Translations under genes and position numbers: made by a program
Notes under the pieces: model-generated
What the model was told of the DNA's origin: nothing
Databases searched by the model: none
The model's input: the letters and a program-made list of their open reading frames with translations, nothing else
Shown: one piece after another, positions 55,311 to 64,000 of the stretch
Layout: each line of letters begins with the position of its first letter
How positions within the stretch are numbered: the first letter of the stretch is position 1
From: Bacteroidota bacterium
GTDB lineage: Bacteria > Bacteroidota > Ignavibacteria > UBA10030
Assembly: GCA_021813905.1 (NCBI GenBank)
Contig: JAKAJH010000005.1
Coordinates: 26,788-90,787 of the forward strand
DNA length: 64,000 nt
Reading direction: 5' to 3'

Positions 55311-55335
55311 AAAAGCGGACCGGGGGTCCGCTTTC
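55311..55335. terminator. bidirectional terminator between convergent genes
   Basis: AAAGCGGACC-GGG-GGTCCGCTTT. Confidence 0.65.
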
Positions 55336-55360
55336 GTGAGATCCGACCGTTGAACGGCCG

Positions 55361-55747
55361 TCAGTTCTTGTCGAGCTTCTTCAGCAGGTCCTCGAGGAAT
55401 TCCTTTACTTCCGTCATCTCCGACTTGATCTCTTCGTCGTTGATCTTCTTCTTCGCCGGGACGGACAGCAGCTCAAGCTGCTCGTTGGAATCCGGCTCCG
55501 GCACATAATCCTTCAGTACCTGCTTCGCCCCCTCGATCGTGTACTTCTCATCCCGCAGCAGATGCTTGATGTGGAGGATGAGCTTGATATCCTTGTTGGT
55601 GTAGATCCGGTTGCCGGCGCGGTTCTTGGCGGGCCGAAGTTCCGGGAATTCCGTTTCCCAGTACCGCAGCACGTACTGCTCCAGCGCGGTGATCTTGCTG
55701 ACCTCGCTGATGGAGTAATACAATTTCTTGATGCCGGTGTGCTTCAT
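55361..55747 (-). CDS. MerR-family HTH protein
   Basis: KLYYSISEVS...VLRYWETEF..L.P.K...G.R.Y...YTIEGAK. Confidence 0.9.
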   Translation of the reverse strand: MKHTGIKKLYYSISEVSKITALEQYVLRYWETEFPELRPAKNRAGNRIYTNKDIKLILHIKHLLRDEKYTIEGAKQVLKDYVPEPDSNEQLELLSVPAKKKINDEEIKSEMTEVKEFLEDLLKKLDKN

Positions 55748-55880
55748 GGGAACGCCTCCCGGTGTCGTGAGCCGCTGATACAAACTTAGCAAAGTACGCG
55801 CTGACTTGCAATGAAGCGGGATTTTGAAATATATTGATGCGACACGCCGGCGCACCCCGCGCCGGAGATCCGCTCCCGCC

Positions 55881-56204
55881 ATGTGGCTGATGACGACATA
55901 CGGCTTCTTCAGCATCGTCCGGAAGGGCGAGCAGGAATTCCACGTTCGCGCCCGCGTGAAAGCGGACCTCGAGCGGCTGCGTGCCGCCGCGGGGCTCACC
56001 GAGCCGGTCATCACGACCCGGCCGGCCGACTATCGCTATCGCCTCGTCGTCGGGCAGGACGGCATCCGCCGCATCATGGCCATCCTGGCCCGCAGCATCA
56101 CCTATCCCAACTTCAAGGAGCAGGTCGGCCGCCAGCCGGACCAGAAGGACAAGCTTCCCGCCTACCACCGGATCTGGGAGATCATGGACCGGCTGCAATC
56201 ATGA
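55881..56204 (+). CDS. conserved hypothetical protein (MWLMTxxGFFS type)
   Basis: MWLMTTYGFFSIV..VRAR..DL..DYRYR..YPNFK; ATGA overlap with the next gene. Confidence 0.75.
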   Translation: MWLMTTYGFFSIVRKGEQEFHVRARVKADLERLRAAAGLTEPVITTRPADYRYRLVVGQDGIRRIMAILARSITYPNFKEQVGRQPDQKDKLPAYHRIWEIMDRLQS

Positions 56205-57109
56205 CCGCGGCCCAGCGTTCGCTCCTCACCACGCTTCCCAATACGCCCGGCGTGTACCTCTTCTACGGCACGCTCGGCGAGCTGCTGTACGTCGGCAAGA
56301 GCAAGACCATCCGGACACGGGTGCGGTCGCACTTTACGGCGCGGGACGAGGCGTGGCTCCGTCGGCGCGTCAAGCGCGTCGACACTCGCGAAACGGCCGG
56401 AGAGCTCGGTGCCCTTCTGCTCGAATCGAAGCTCATCAAGGAGCTGCACCCGATGTTCAACGTGGCCTCCCGTCAGCGTCGACGGATCATCGTGGCGCGG
56501 GGGACGGTCAACGCCGCCGGCTATCTCGTCGTGTCGCTCGAAGCCATCGACATTCTGGAGCTTCGTCCCGGCGCACCGGTGCTCGGCATCTTCAAGCATC
56601 GGACGCAGGCGCGGGAGTTCCTCACGCAGGCGGCCCGGGAGTTCCGGCTTTGCCCGAAGCTGCTCCGCCTCGAAACCGGCCGCGGCTACTGCTTCTCGTA
56701 TCATCTCGGCCATTGCGACGGCGCTTGCAACGGCGAGGAAGATCCCGGCGCGTACAACGCCCGCGTCGAGAAGGCGTTCGACGAGCGCCGCATCCGGGCG
56801 TGGCCGTACCGCGGCCCCATCGTCATCGAGGAAGAATCCGCCGCCGGGCTGAAAGAATCGTTCGTGGTGGATAACTGGTGCCTACTGGAAAGCCGGCGGG
56901 TCGGCTCCGGAGGTTCGGACTCCGTGGAGACCGCGCCGCACCGGTTCGACTACGACAGCTACAAGATCCTGTATTCGTTCGTCTCCGACCCCGCCAACGC
57001 CGGACGGATCCGCGGCCAGTCGCACGAGTCGGCCCCACAGCCACCGCGGCGAACGTTTTCGCGGAGACCCCATCGGCGGGTCGATGCATCTCATAGAAAG
57101 AACGTCTGA
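56201..57109 (+). CDS. UvrC/Cho-like GIY-YIG excinuclease domain protein
   Basis: LP..PGVYLF...LLYVGKS..IR.RV.SHF, ALLLE..LIK...P.FN, CFSYHLGHCDGAC. Confidence 0.88.
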   Translation: MTAAQRSLLTTLPNTPGVYLFYGTLGELLYVGKSKTIRTRVRSHFTARDEAWLRRRVKRVDTRETAGELGALLLESKLIKELHPMFNVASRQRRRIIVARGTVNAAGYLVVSLEAIDILELRPGAPVLGIFKHRTQAREFLTQAAREFRLCPKLLRLETGRGYCFSYHLGHCDGACNGEEDPGAYNARVEKAFDERRIRAWPYRGPIVIEEESAAGLKESFVVDNWCLLESRRVGSGGSDSVETAPHRFDYDSYKILYSFVSDPANAGRIRGQSHESAPQPPRRTFSRRPHRRVDASHRKNV

Positions 57110-57149
57110 AGCATTCTGCGTGTTTTAGAAAGAGGAAATGAAGGAGTCG

Positions 57150-57962
57150 ATGATGAAGTACGATGTCTCAGATTTTCAATCGCAAGTGATCGAGCGGAGC
57201 TTTACGGTGCCCGTGCTGGTCGATTTCTGGGCGGAATGGTGCGGTCCGTGCCGCATCCTCGGACCGACGCTGGAGCGATTGGCCGATGGCGCCAACGGCG
57301 ACTGGGAGCTCGCGAAAGTTGACACGGAGCGCATGCCCGACGTGGCGGCGCGGTACGGCATCCAGAGCATTCCGAACGTGAAGCTGTTTGTGGACGGCAA
57401 GCCGGCCAACGAGTTTGTCGGCGCGCTGCCCGAACCGCAGATCCGGGCCTGGCTGAGCAAGGCGCTTCCGAGCAGGAACCGCCAGCTGGTCGAGCACGCG
57501 GAAGTCCTGCTCGCGCAGGGAAGCACCGCCGAGGCGACCGCGATCCTGAAGGACGTTGTGGCCAAGGAGCCGGCCAACGGACACGCCCACGCCCTGCTCG
57601 CCCGGACGCTTGTCTTCACCGATCCCGCCGCGGCGCTTGTCCACGCGGACGGCGTGAACGACCCGCAATTCTACGAGATCGCGGAAGCGGTGCGGACCAT
57701 GGCGCATTTGGGAGAGATGATGAAGGATGGCGCCGATCTGCCCGACGGCGACGCCACGCGGCTCTACCGTGAGGCGATCGGACTGACCCTGCGCGGGAAT
57801 TTTGACGCGGCGCTTGAGAAGTTCATCGAGGTTATTCGGCTGGACCGGAAGCTGGACGACGACGGCGCCCGCAAGGCGTGCATCGCCATCTTCAAGTTCC
57901 TCGCGGAAGAGCACGAGGTCACGCGGTCATGGCGGAGGGAGTTCAGCAGCGCGTTGTACTGA
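57150..57962 (+). CDS. thioredoxin-TPR co-chaperone (CnoX/YbbN-like)
   Basis: VLVDFWAEWCGPC, IQSIP, C-terminal DDGARK...RREFSSALY. Confidence 0.9.
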   Translation: MMKYDVSDFQSQVIERSFTVPVLVDFWAEWCGPCRILGPTLERLADGANGDWELAKVDTERMPDVAARYGIQSIPNVKLFVDGKPANEFVGALPEPQIRAWLSKALPSRNRQLVEHAEVLLAQGSTAEATAILKDVVAKEPANGHAHALLARTLVFTDPAAALVHADGVNDPQFYEIAEAVRTMAHLGEMMKDGADLPDGDATRLYREAIGLTLRGNFDAALEKFIEVIRLDRKLDDDGARKACIAIFKFLAEEHEVTRSWRREFSSALY

Positions 57963-57997
57963 GATACAGCCCTGCGCGTCGGTAGAACGTACATAAG

Positions 57998-58033
57998 AAA
58001 CGCCGGAAAGACTCTCCGTCCTTCCGGCGTTTT
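57998..58033. terminator. bidirectional terminator
   Basis: AAACGCCGGAA...TTCCGGCGTTTT. Confidence 0.65.
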
Positions 58034-58054
58034 CGGGTACACAAACTGCAGCGA

Positions 58055-59329
58055 TCAGACCATCAAACACACCGTGAACGCCAGCCCGAAGAGCATCGCC
58101 AGGTAGATCGTGTTGACGTTCGCCGTGACCAGATCCCGGCTGTAAAGATGCTTTCGGAAGTACCGGATAATGAAGAATCCGTACACCGCCAGGATCACCA
58201 CCGGCAGAATGAGCCACATGCGCTGGAGCTGGAACGCGAGCGTCATCGACACGCCGACCGCGATCGCGATCGTGAGCGCGTAGATCGTCACCGCATTCTC
58301 CTTGCCGAAGGTCACCACCAGGTGGTTCTTCCCGGTGGAGGCGTCCGCCTCCGCGTCGGGCACCTGATTGATCAGCAGGATGTTCGACGTCAGCAGTCCG
58401 ACCGGCAGCCCGATCAGGAGGCTGACCCAGGAGAACATCCCCGTCACCGTGTAGAAGATCCCGCCGGTCACCAGCGGTCCGAACGTCACTCCGATGGCGA
58501 ATTCGCCCAGTCCGTGCCGGGCCACCAGACGCAGCGGCGGCGCGGTGTAGAAGTATCCGGCGAACGCCCCGGCCAGTCCGAACGCCAGGACGCCCCAGCC
58601 GACGCGGGCCGTCAAAAACACGCCGATGGCCGCGGAAACCGCCAGCAGCGTGGTCGCTACAACCGCCGTTCCGCGCTGGGAGATGAGGCCGAGCTCGATG
58701 GCCCGGCTCCCGCCGCTGTACTTCTGGAAGTAGCTCGCGTTGGCCTGATCCGTGCCGTCCCGCCAGTCAAAGTAGTCGTTGAACACGTTGGCGGACAGAT
58801 GCAGGAGCGCCACGCCGATGGTGGCGAGGATGAAATTGAGCGTCGAAAAGACCGGTCCGGTGATGATCGTTGACGCATAGGCTCCGGCGATGAACGCCGG
58901 GATGACCGAGGCGCTCAGGAACGGCGCCCGCGTGATCACCAGGGCTTCCACGAGGGAGATCCACCACTTCTTTTCCGGCGCGATGCTGTCCTCGATCTCC
59001 GTCGTCACCCCGCAATAGCCGATCTGCTTGCCATCCTTGAAGGTCGGGGTAATGCGGACCTCGGCGTTGAACCGGCCGCCGTCCTTCCGGACGAACACCG
59101 TCCGGCCCCGGAATTCCCCTTCTTCCCGCGCTTTCGTCAGCCACATGCCGACGTTCTGCAGCACGACCCAGCCCGGAGAGAAGAGCGAGACGCGCTTCTT
59201 GCCGATGACCTCGTCCGGGGCGTAGCCGAACAGCTGGACCGCGCCGTCATTGTACGTTTCGATGACCCCTTCCATGTCGCAGGTCACGGTGCTTTTGGCC
59301 TTCCGTGTTCCCGTGCCATTCGCTTGCAT
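58055..59329 (-). CDS. PAS domain fused to MenA/UBIAD1-type UbiA prenyltransferase
   Basis: PAS: CDMEG.I..YN.GA..LFGY..DEVIGK...RKDG..F...V.ITP. Prenyltransferase: TRAPFL, NVFNDYFD...GTD, YTAPP, GLGE, NQVPD..AD...GK. Confidence 0.85.
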   Translation of the reverse strand: MQANGTGTRKAKSTVTCDMEGVIETYNDGAVQLFGYAPDEVIGKKRVSLFSPGWVVLQNVGMWLTKAREEGEFRGRTVFVRKDGGRFNAEVRITPTFKDGKQIGYCGVTTEIEDSIAPEKKWWISLVEALVITRAPFLSASVIPAFIAGAYASTIITGPVFSTLNFILATIGVALLHLSANVFNDYFDWRDGTDQANASYFQKYSGGSRAIELGLISQRGTAVVATTLLAVSAAIGVFLTARVGWGVLAFGLAGAFAGYFYTAPPLRLVARHGLGEFAIGVTFGPLVTGGIFYTVTGMFSWVSLLIGLPVGLLTSNILLINQVPDAEADASTGKNHLVVTFGKENAVTIYALTIAIAVGVSMTLAFQLQRMWLILPVVILAVYGFFIIRYFRKHLYSRDLVTANVNTIYLAMLFGLAFTVCLMV

Positions 59330-59505
59330 ATGCGATCCCTCGTTTGTATATCTGGTGTGAGCTACACAAGTATAACGAATTTTCCGCCGGGAAAATTCCG
59401 GCCAACCAGGCGATTCCGCCCCGTCACCAGCGTTGTTCCGGGGCGGCTACCGGGGTCCCGCCCGGACAGCCTTCGGAACCAAATGCGCCCGCGGGGGGTT
59501 GAACA

Positions 59506-59519
59506 GTTCAAATTCGAAC
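59506..59519. promoter_or_regulatory. candidate MarR operator
   Basis: Near-palindrome GTTCAAATTCGAAC just before the marR ATG; related CTTTAAATTTGAAA at 60006-60019. Confidence 0.45.
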
Positions 59520-59524
59520 ATCCT

Positions 59525-59983
59525 ATGAAGACCACCAAACGCTACGGCCGCAAGGCCGATCTGGCTCTGAGCATGTGGGTCAAGCTGGCCCGCGCGCATG
59601 ACACCTTCGAGCACCGCACGGCCGAGAACATCCGGTCGTTCGGCCTCACGCCGCCCCAATTCGGCGCTCTGGAGTGCCTCGGCCATCTGGGCCCCATGAA
59701 GATCGGCGAGCTGACAAAGAAACAGCTCGTCAGCGGCGGCAACATGACCGTCGTGATCGACAACCTGGAGAAGGACGGCCTCGTGCAGCGCACGGTCAAG
59801 TCCACCGACCGCCGCTCCGTCCAGGTGTCGCTGACCGCCAAGGGCCGGCGCCTGTTCGAGCGCATTTTTGCCGAGCACGCAGCCTATGTTGCACAGCTGG
59901 CTTCCGCACTCACGGAGCAGGAGCAGACCGCGCTCGCGGACCTTCTCCGGAAACTCGGCTGCGCTCTCGCGAAATCCGCCTGA
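59525..59983 (+). CDS. MarR family transcriptional regulator
   Basis: GLTPPQF..L, GNMT.VIDNLEK.GLV.R...DRRS..V.LT.KG. Confidence 0.93.
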   Translation: MKTTKRYGRKADLALSMWVKLARAHDTFEHRTAENIRSFGLTPPQFGALECLGHLGPMKIGELTKKQLVSGGNMTVVIDNLEKDGLVQRTVKSTDRRSVQVSLTAKGRRLFERIFAEHAAYVAQLASALTEQEQTALADLLRKLGCALAKSA

Positions 59984-60058
59984 TTTCGCCCCTTCACCCC
60001 ACTTACTTTAAATTTGAAACTTTCCGGCTGGCCGGGGTGTTCTGATTCCTGAACGCCT

Positions 60059-60685
60059 ATGGAATCGACACACCGACCGCTGCAAGTACTGGGAATTTCC
60101 GGAAGCCTCCGGACCGGCTCCTACAACCGCCTGCTGCTGCGTTCGGCACTGCGCAGTGCCGCAGACGCCGGCGCCCGTGTCCGCGAAGCGGACCTGAAGA
60201 TACTCGATCTCCCCGCGTACGATGAGGACCTCCGCACCGACGGCGAACCGCCGTCCGTGACCATGTTCCGCCGCCTGGTCGCCGATGCGGACGTCATCTT
60301 CATCGCGATGCCCGAATACAACTACTCCGTACCCGGCACGCTCAAGAACGCCATCGACTGGGCATCGCGCAAACCGAATGTGTTTGACGGAAAGACCGCC
60401 GCGATCTTCGGCGCATCGACCGGCCCGTACGGCACCGTCCGCGGTCAGGCGCATCTCCGCCTCATTCTGGGCGCCATGAACGTCTATCTCGTGCCGCAAC
60501 CCCAGGTGCTGGTGCGTTCCGCCGAGCACGCCTTCACACCGGACGGGACGCTCGCCGATGAACGAGCGGCGGAACAGCTGCGCATGCTGATCCAACGCAC
60601 ACTGCAACTCGCACGGGCACTCGACTTCACCCGATCCGCATCCGAATCAGCGCTCATGACGTCCAATACACGGAGGGTTGTATGA
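60059..60685 (+). CDS. NADPH-dependent FMN/quinone reductase (FMN_red, ChrR/YieF-like)
   Basis: GISGSLRTGSYN, PEYNYSVPGTLKNAIDW, GASTG..G..R.Q. Confidence 0.93.
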   Translation: MESTHRPLQVLGISGSLRTGSYNRLLLRSALRSAADAGARVREADLKILDLPAYDEDLRTDGEPPSVTMFRRLVADADVIFIAMPEYNYSVPGTLKNAIDWASRKPNVFDGKTAAIFGASTGPYGTVRGQAHLRLILGAMNVYLVPQPQVLVRSAEHAFTPDGTLADERAAEQLRMLIQRTLQLARALDFTRSASESALMTSNTRRVV

Positions 60686-60978
60686 ACGAATTCATGGTCA
60701 CGATCAACCTCCCGGACGATCCGACGCCGGAATTTTTCTCCATCGTCCCCAGCCACCGGGCCCGCGTCAATGAGCTGATGCAGCAGGGCGTCGTCACCGG
60801 CTACAGCCTCTCCGCCGACCGCCGCATCCTCTGGATGACGATGATGGCAACGGACCAGGAGGAGATCGTAAAAACGCTCGTCACGCTTCCGCTGTACCAC
60901 TGCATGCGGTACACCGTGCAGGAGCTGATGTTCCATAACAGTCCCGTATTCTCCACGCCCCGGTTCTCGGTCAATTGA
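60682..60978 (+). CDS. muconolactone isomerase/YciI-like dimeric alpha-beta barrel protein
   Basis: FMV.I.LP...HRA.VN.L..G....YSLS.DR..LW.....LPL; ATGA overlap with the reductase gene. Confidence 0.65.
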   Translation: MNEFMVTINLPDDPTPEFFSIVPSHRARVNELMQQGVVTGYSLSADRRILWMTMMATDQEEIVKTLVTLPLYHCMRYTVQELMFHNSPVFSTPRFSVN

Positions 60979-61041
60979 CCGCGACGGACGGGCATCACGA
61001 GTTCTTTCACCATCAACCGATCAATCATACAGGAGTTTTCC

Positions 61042-61623
61042 GTGAAACGTATTGCACTGCTTGCGCTGGTCCTTGCGGCGGGATTGTCGTCCCTTCGCGC
61101 CGGCGAATCCCAATGGTCCATGGACCGTTCCCATTCATCCATCACCTTCAGCATCCGCCACATGGTCGTCTCGGAAGTGGTGGGATCGTTCAAGAACTTC
61201 ACCGTTTCGCTCGACGCTACGAAAGACGACTTCTCCGATGCCCGCGTCGCCGGGACCATCGAGGTCGGAAGTATCAGCACGGATAACGACCGGCGGGACA
61301 CTCACCTCAAGTCGGATGATTTCTTCAACGCCGCGAAGTATCCGGAGATCCGGTTCACGAGCACGGAATTCCGCAAGGTGGGCGAGAATAAGTACCAGAT
61401 CGCCGGCAACCTGACCATCCGCGATGTGACGAAGCCGGTGGTGTTCGACGCGGTATATGGAGGATCCGTCAAGGCGTGGGGCAAGACGGTCGCCGCCTGG
61501 AAGGCCACAACCACGATCGACCGGTTCGACTACAACCTGAAGTGGGACAAAGCCCTCGAGACGGGCGGTCTGATCGCCGGGCGCGACGTCACGATCACGC
61601 TGACCCTCGAATTCGACAAGTAA
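61042..61623 (+). CDS. YceI family polyisoprenoid-binding protein
   Basis: Signal peptide; W.MD..HS.I.F.IRH, SI.T....RD.HL.S.DFF, G.LTIR.VT, IDR.DY. Confidence 0.93.
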   Translation: MKRIALLALVLAAGLSSLRAGESQWSMDRSHSSITFSIRHMVVSEVVGSFKNFTVSLDATKDDFSDARVAGTIEVGSISTDNDRRDTHLKSDDFFNAAKYPEIRFTSTEFRKVGENKYQIAGNLTIRDVTKPVVFDAVYGGSVKAWGKTVAAWKATTTIDRFDYNLKWDKALETGGLIAGRDVTITLTLEFDK

Positions 61624-61640
61624 TCCCCCCGCAAACGCAC

Positions 61641-61674
61641 AAAGTCCCGCTCCGGTGACCCCGGGCGGGACTTT
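61641..61674. terminator. bidirectional terminator
   Basis: AAAGTCCCGC.CCGG...CCGGGCGGGACTTT. Confidence 0.65.
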
Positions 61675-61696
61675 GCCGTGTACAGCCGCAGATTCG

Positions 61697-62992
61697 TCAG
61701 ACCTTGATGATCCAGTTCCGCTTATACATGATGTACGCGATGAGGAACAGGAAGAGCATGAACGCGATGGAGTGCGCGAACGATGCGACGTACGGATCAC
61801 CCAGCGGAACGAAGAACCGTTCGTAGTACCACGTCTTCACCGAGACGGTCATGTCCCCGAATTTCATCGACGTGAGCCGGCCGATGATGCCGGAGAGGAA
61901 GAACATGGTGATTGCATTCTGTCCGTAAATGGCGAATGGCTTCTCCCAGCCCCGGTACCCTTTTACATCCAGAATCCAGTAGCAGCACGCCAGCACGTTC
62001 AACGCTAATCCCGCCATGAAGACGCTGTAGGTGCTCGTCCAGAGGTTCTTGTTGATCGGCAGCCAGTTGTCCATGATCAGTCCGATCAGCAGCATCACGT
62101 TCCCCGCCACGAACATCCATGCGGCCTTCTCTTCCTTTGACCGATTGGTGCGCAGGAAGCTTCCCGTGAACACGCCGAACATCGCGGTCGCGATCGCCGG
62201 GATCGTGCTGAAGATGCCTTCCGGATCGAACCCCGGCGCGGGTGCGCCACTCCATGTGTGTCCCTTCAGCAGCGTTGAGTCGATGTACCACCCCAGATTT
62301 CCCATCGGCGCCCAGACGCCCACGCCGAAGCCCGGCACGCTCACGGTCTTGATGATGATCCAGTAGAACGCCAGCAGGCCGAACGTCACTCCGATCTGCA
62401 CGCGGGTGGATGTGTAGAGCACCAGCAGTCCGGAGATCAGATAGCACACCGCGATGCGCTGCAGCACGCCGGGGATGCGGATCCAGTGAAATCCTTCCGT
62501 GGCGAACACGTTCGGCAGCACGATCGGCAGCAACACGAGCACCACGCCGCCGGCACCGAGCAGAAACAGCCGGTTCCGTCCGGCGGGCATTCCCGCCTCC
62601 GATCCTTTGAGCGTGCGCGTCATCAGCAGCAGAAGATAGACGAGACCGGCGATCCAGAGGAAGAACATCGAGACCGCCGGGAATCCGCCCAGGAACAGTC
62701 CGAGATAGAAGATCACGCCGGCCCGCCAGACCACGTGCCGTGCCAGCTCATGCTTGCTCTCCCCTCGTTCCACGCGCTTGGCGAACGACAGCATCATCGC
62801 CACGCCGACGATCCACAGAAAGAACGGAAAGATCGTATCCGTGTACGTCCATCCGTCCCACGGCTTGTGCCCCCACGGGGCGTAGATCTTGCTCCAGCTC
62901 CCGGGATTGTTGACGAGCATCATACCGGCGATCGTTGCTCCCCGAAAGACATCGAGGGAGAGCAGCCGGCCGGAGGAGGATTGGTCTGCCAT
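61697..62992 (-). CDS. heparan-alpha-glucosaminide N-acetyltransferase-like membrane protein (NagX/DUF5009)
   Basis: RLLSLDVFRG, MLVNNPG, DTIFPFFL, RIPGVLQRIA, DPEG, PINKNLWT, G.NAI. Confidence 0.92.
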   Translation of the reverse strand: MADQSSSGRLLSLDVFRGATIAGMMLVNNPGSWSKIYAPWGHKPWDGWTYTDTIFPFFLWIVGVAMMLSFAKRVERGESKHELARHVVWRAGVIFYLGLFLGGFPAVSMFFLWIAGLVYLLLLMTRTLKGSEAGMPAGRNRLFLLGAGGVVLVLLPIVLPNVFATEGFHWIRIPGVLQRIAVCYLISGLLVLYTSTRVQIGVTFGLLAFYWIIIKTVSVPGFGVGVWAPMGNLGWYIDSTLLKGHTWSGAPAPGFDPEGIFSTIPAIATAMFGVFTGSFLRTNRSKEEKAAWMFVAGNVMLLIGLIMDNWLPINKNLWTSTYSVFMAGLALNVLACCYWILDVKGYRGWEKPFAIYGQNAITMFFLSGIIGRLTSMKFGDMTVSVKTWYYERFFVPLGDPYVASFAHSIAFMLFLFLIAYIMYKRNWIIKV

Positions 62993-63140
62993 GGGAGAGT
63001 CCTTCCGTGAGATGTGTCTGATCGTTGTGCGAACGCTCCGCGGCATGCGGAGTGTCCGCCGAAGGTTCGGTGTCAGGGATGCGGAGGAGCGTCGGGTCGT
63101 TGGACGGCGGCGGGTGTGTCCCTGCGCATCGGGTTGCGGA

Positions 63141-63245
63141 TCATCCCCACGCCGTGCCCGACCGGAAGAACACGACGACCACCCATCCGACGAGGAGGGC
63201 GAGCGCGATCAGGATGCGTGTTTTCTGGTTTGGCGTCAGCGGCAT
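63141..63245 (-). CDS. putative 34-aa single-TM small protein
   Basis: GGGGG RBS-like; MPLTPNQKTRILIALALLVGWVVVVFFRSGTAWG. Confidence 0.35.
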   Translation of the reverse strand: MPLTPNQKTRILIALALLVGWVVVVFFRSGTAWG

Positions 63246-63443
63246 AGGTTTGACCCCCGTGAAAATAGGAACAAACGCTCAGAGAGTCAACGCGGTCAGA
63301 GAGGATGACTTTTCAGGATTGCCGACGTATCCCGATTCATGCCGGACCAGGTCATTGAGTGACGCGTGGAGCATGCAAAGAGACGGGCGGGGCGAAGGTG
63401 AAGGGGCTCCAGTGGATTGGAGCCCCCTCGGCGTCGTGAGTCC

Positions 63444-64000
63444 CTATTTTGCGAGGATCATCTTCCGTGTAGCCACGAATGGATTCTGGCTCCCGTCAAG
63501 AGGCGCTGCTGTGACCTTGTAGATGTACATCCCACTCGGCAATTGTGTTCCGTCGAAAGTTACGGAATGATACCCCGCAGACCTCACGCCTTCAAGCAAG
63601 GCCGCGACCTTCCGCCCGAGCATGTCGTAAACTGCTAACGACACTCTACTTGTCGTAGGAAGGGCGACGGTCAGATTCGTAGTGGGATTGAAGGGATTGG
63701 GAAAGTTCTGACTCAGACTGAACAATTCCGGTGCAACCGATTGCAGCAAAACAGTTGAGCCAGAGGTTTCGGCCATGTCATTCGATTCATCGCCGGTTGT
63801 TGAAGCAGTGCTGCTGTAACTCGACAAGAGTCCGGCCGCGTCCTTCGCTCGGACTTTGTACTGAAGTGATTGATTACCCCAGGTACCCATCCACAGAAAG
63901 GCGTTATCTGTGTATGAGTTCGTGGTCGACGAGCCAATCTGGAGTTTACCCCAAATTGTGGACACGAAGTTAAGCCAGGATCGCCTGGTGTAGTTCGTAT
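63444..64000 (-). CDS. C-terminal part of a secreted protein: FN3-like domain plus C-terminal sorting domain (5' end outside window)
   Basis: SYTD...YKVRAKD..G..S.YS; SQNFPNPFNP...TRKMILAK; frame open to the window edge. Confidence 0.8.
   Translation of the reverse strand, partial: TNYTRRSWLNFVSTIWGKLQIGSSTTNSYTDNAFLWMGTWGNQSLQYKVRAKDAAGLLSSYSSTASTTGDESNDMAETSGSTVLLQSVAPELFSLSQNFPNPFNPTTNLTVALPTTSRVSLAVYDMLGRKVAALLEGVRSAGYHSVTFDGTQLPSGMYIYKVTAAPLDGSQNPFVATRKMILAK

Noticed and set aside
59355-59370. TGTGAGCTACACA as a Rex or CRP/FNR box upstream of PAS-MenA
   Set aside because: Half-site spacing fits neither the Rex nor the CRP/FNR consensus

Overview
High-GC (roughly 60-65% by eye) bacterial chromosome segment. 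Four proteins carry 'NYPNPFNP'-type C-terminal sorting domains, and the window also has a TonB receptor/DUF4249 pair, a bacilliredoxin and a Bacteroidota-style ArsR. Together these point to the FCB group (Ignavibacteria/Bacteroidota-like; inference). It contains about 55 genes, mostly accessory hydrolases, peptidases, lipoproteins, transporters and stress genes, plus tRNA-Pro(GGG), arsR-arsM, a decayed REP-associated transposase and two dispersed short-repeat families. No CRISPR array, rRNA or intact prophage was seen. The most striking feature is an 1869-aa protein (43620-49229, minus). It reads as a degenerate PLP-aminotransferase copy, then an intact class I/II aminotransferase, then a full-length but highly divergent phosphoenolpyruvate carboxylase with mixed bacterial- and archaeal-type motifs. 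It lies directly downstream of an SPFH/flotillin-like gene and is a candidate single-chain PEP->oxaloacetate->aspartate enzyme. Second is a PAS-sensor/MenA-type prenyltransferase fusion (58055-59329) divergent from a MarR/flavin reductase/YceI cluster. All family calls come from motif recognition by eye; no database searches were run, so novelty is unverified.
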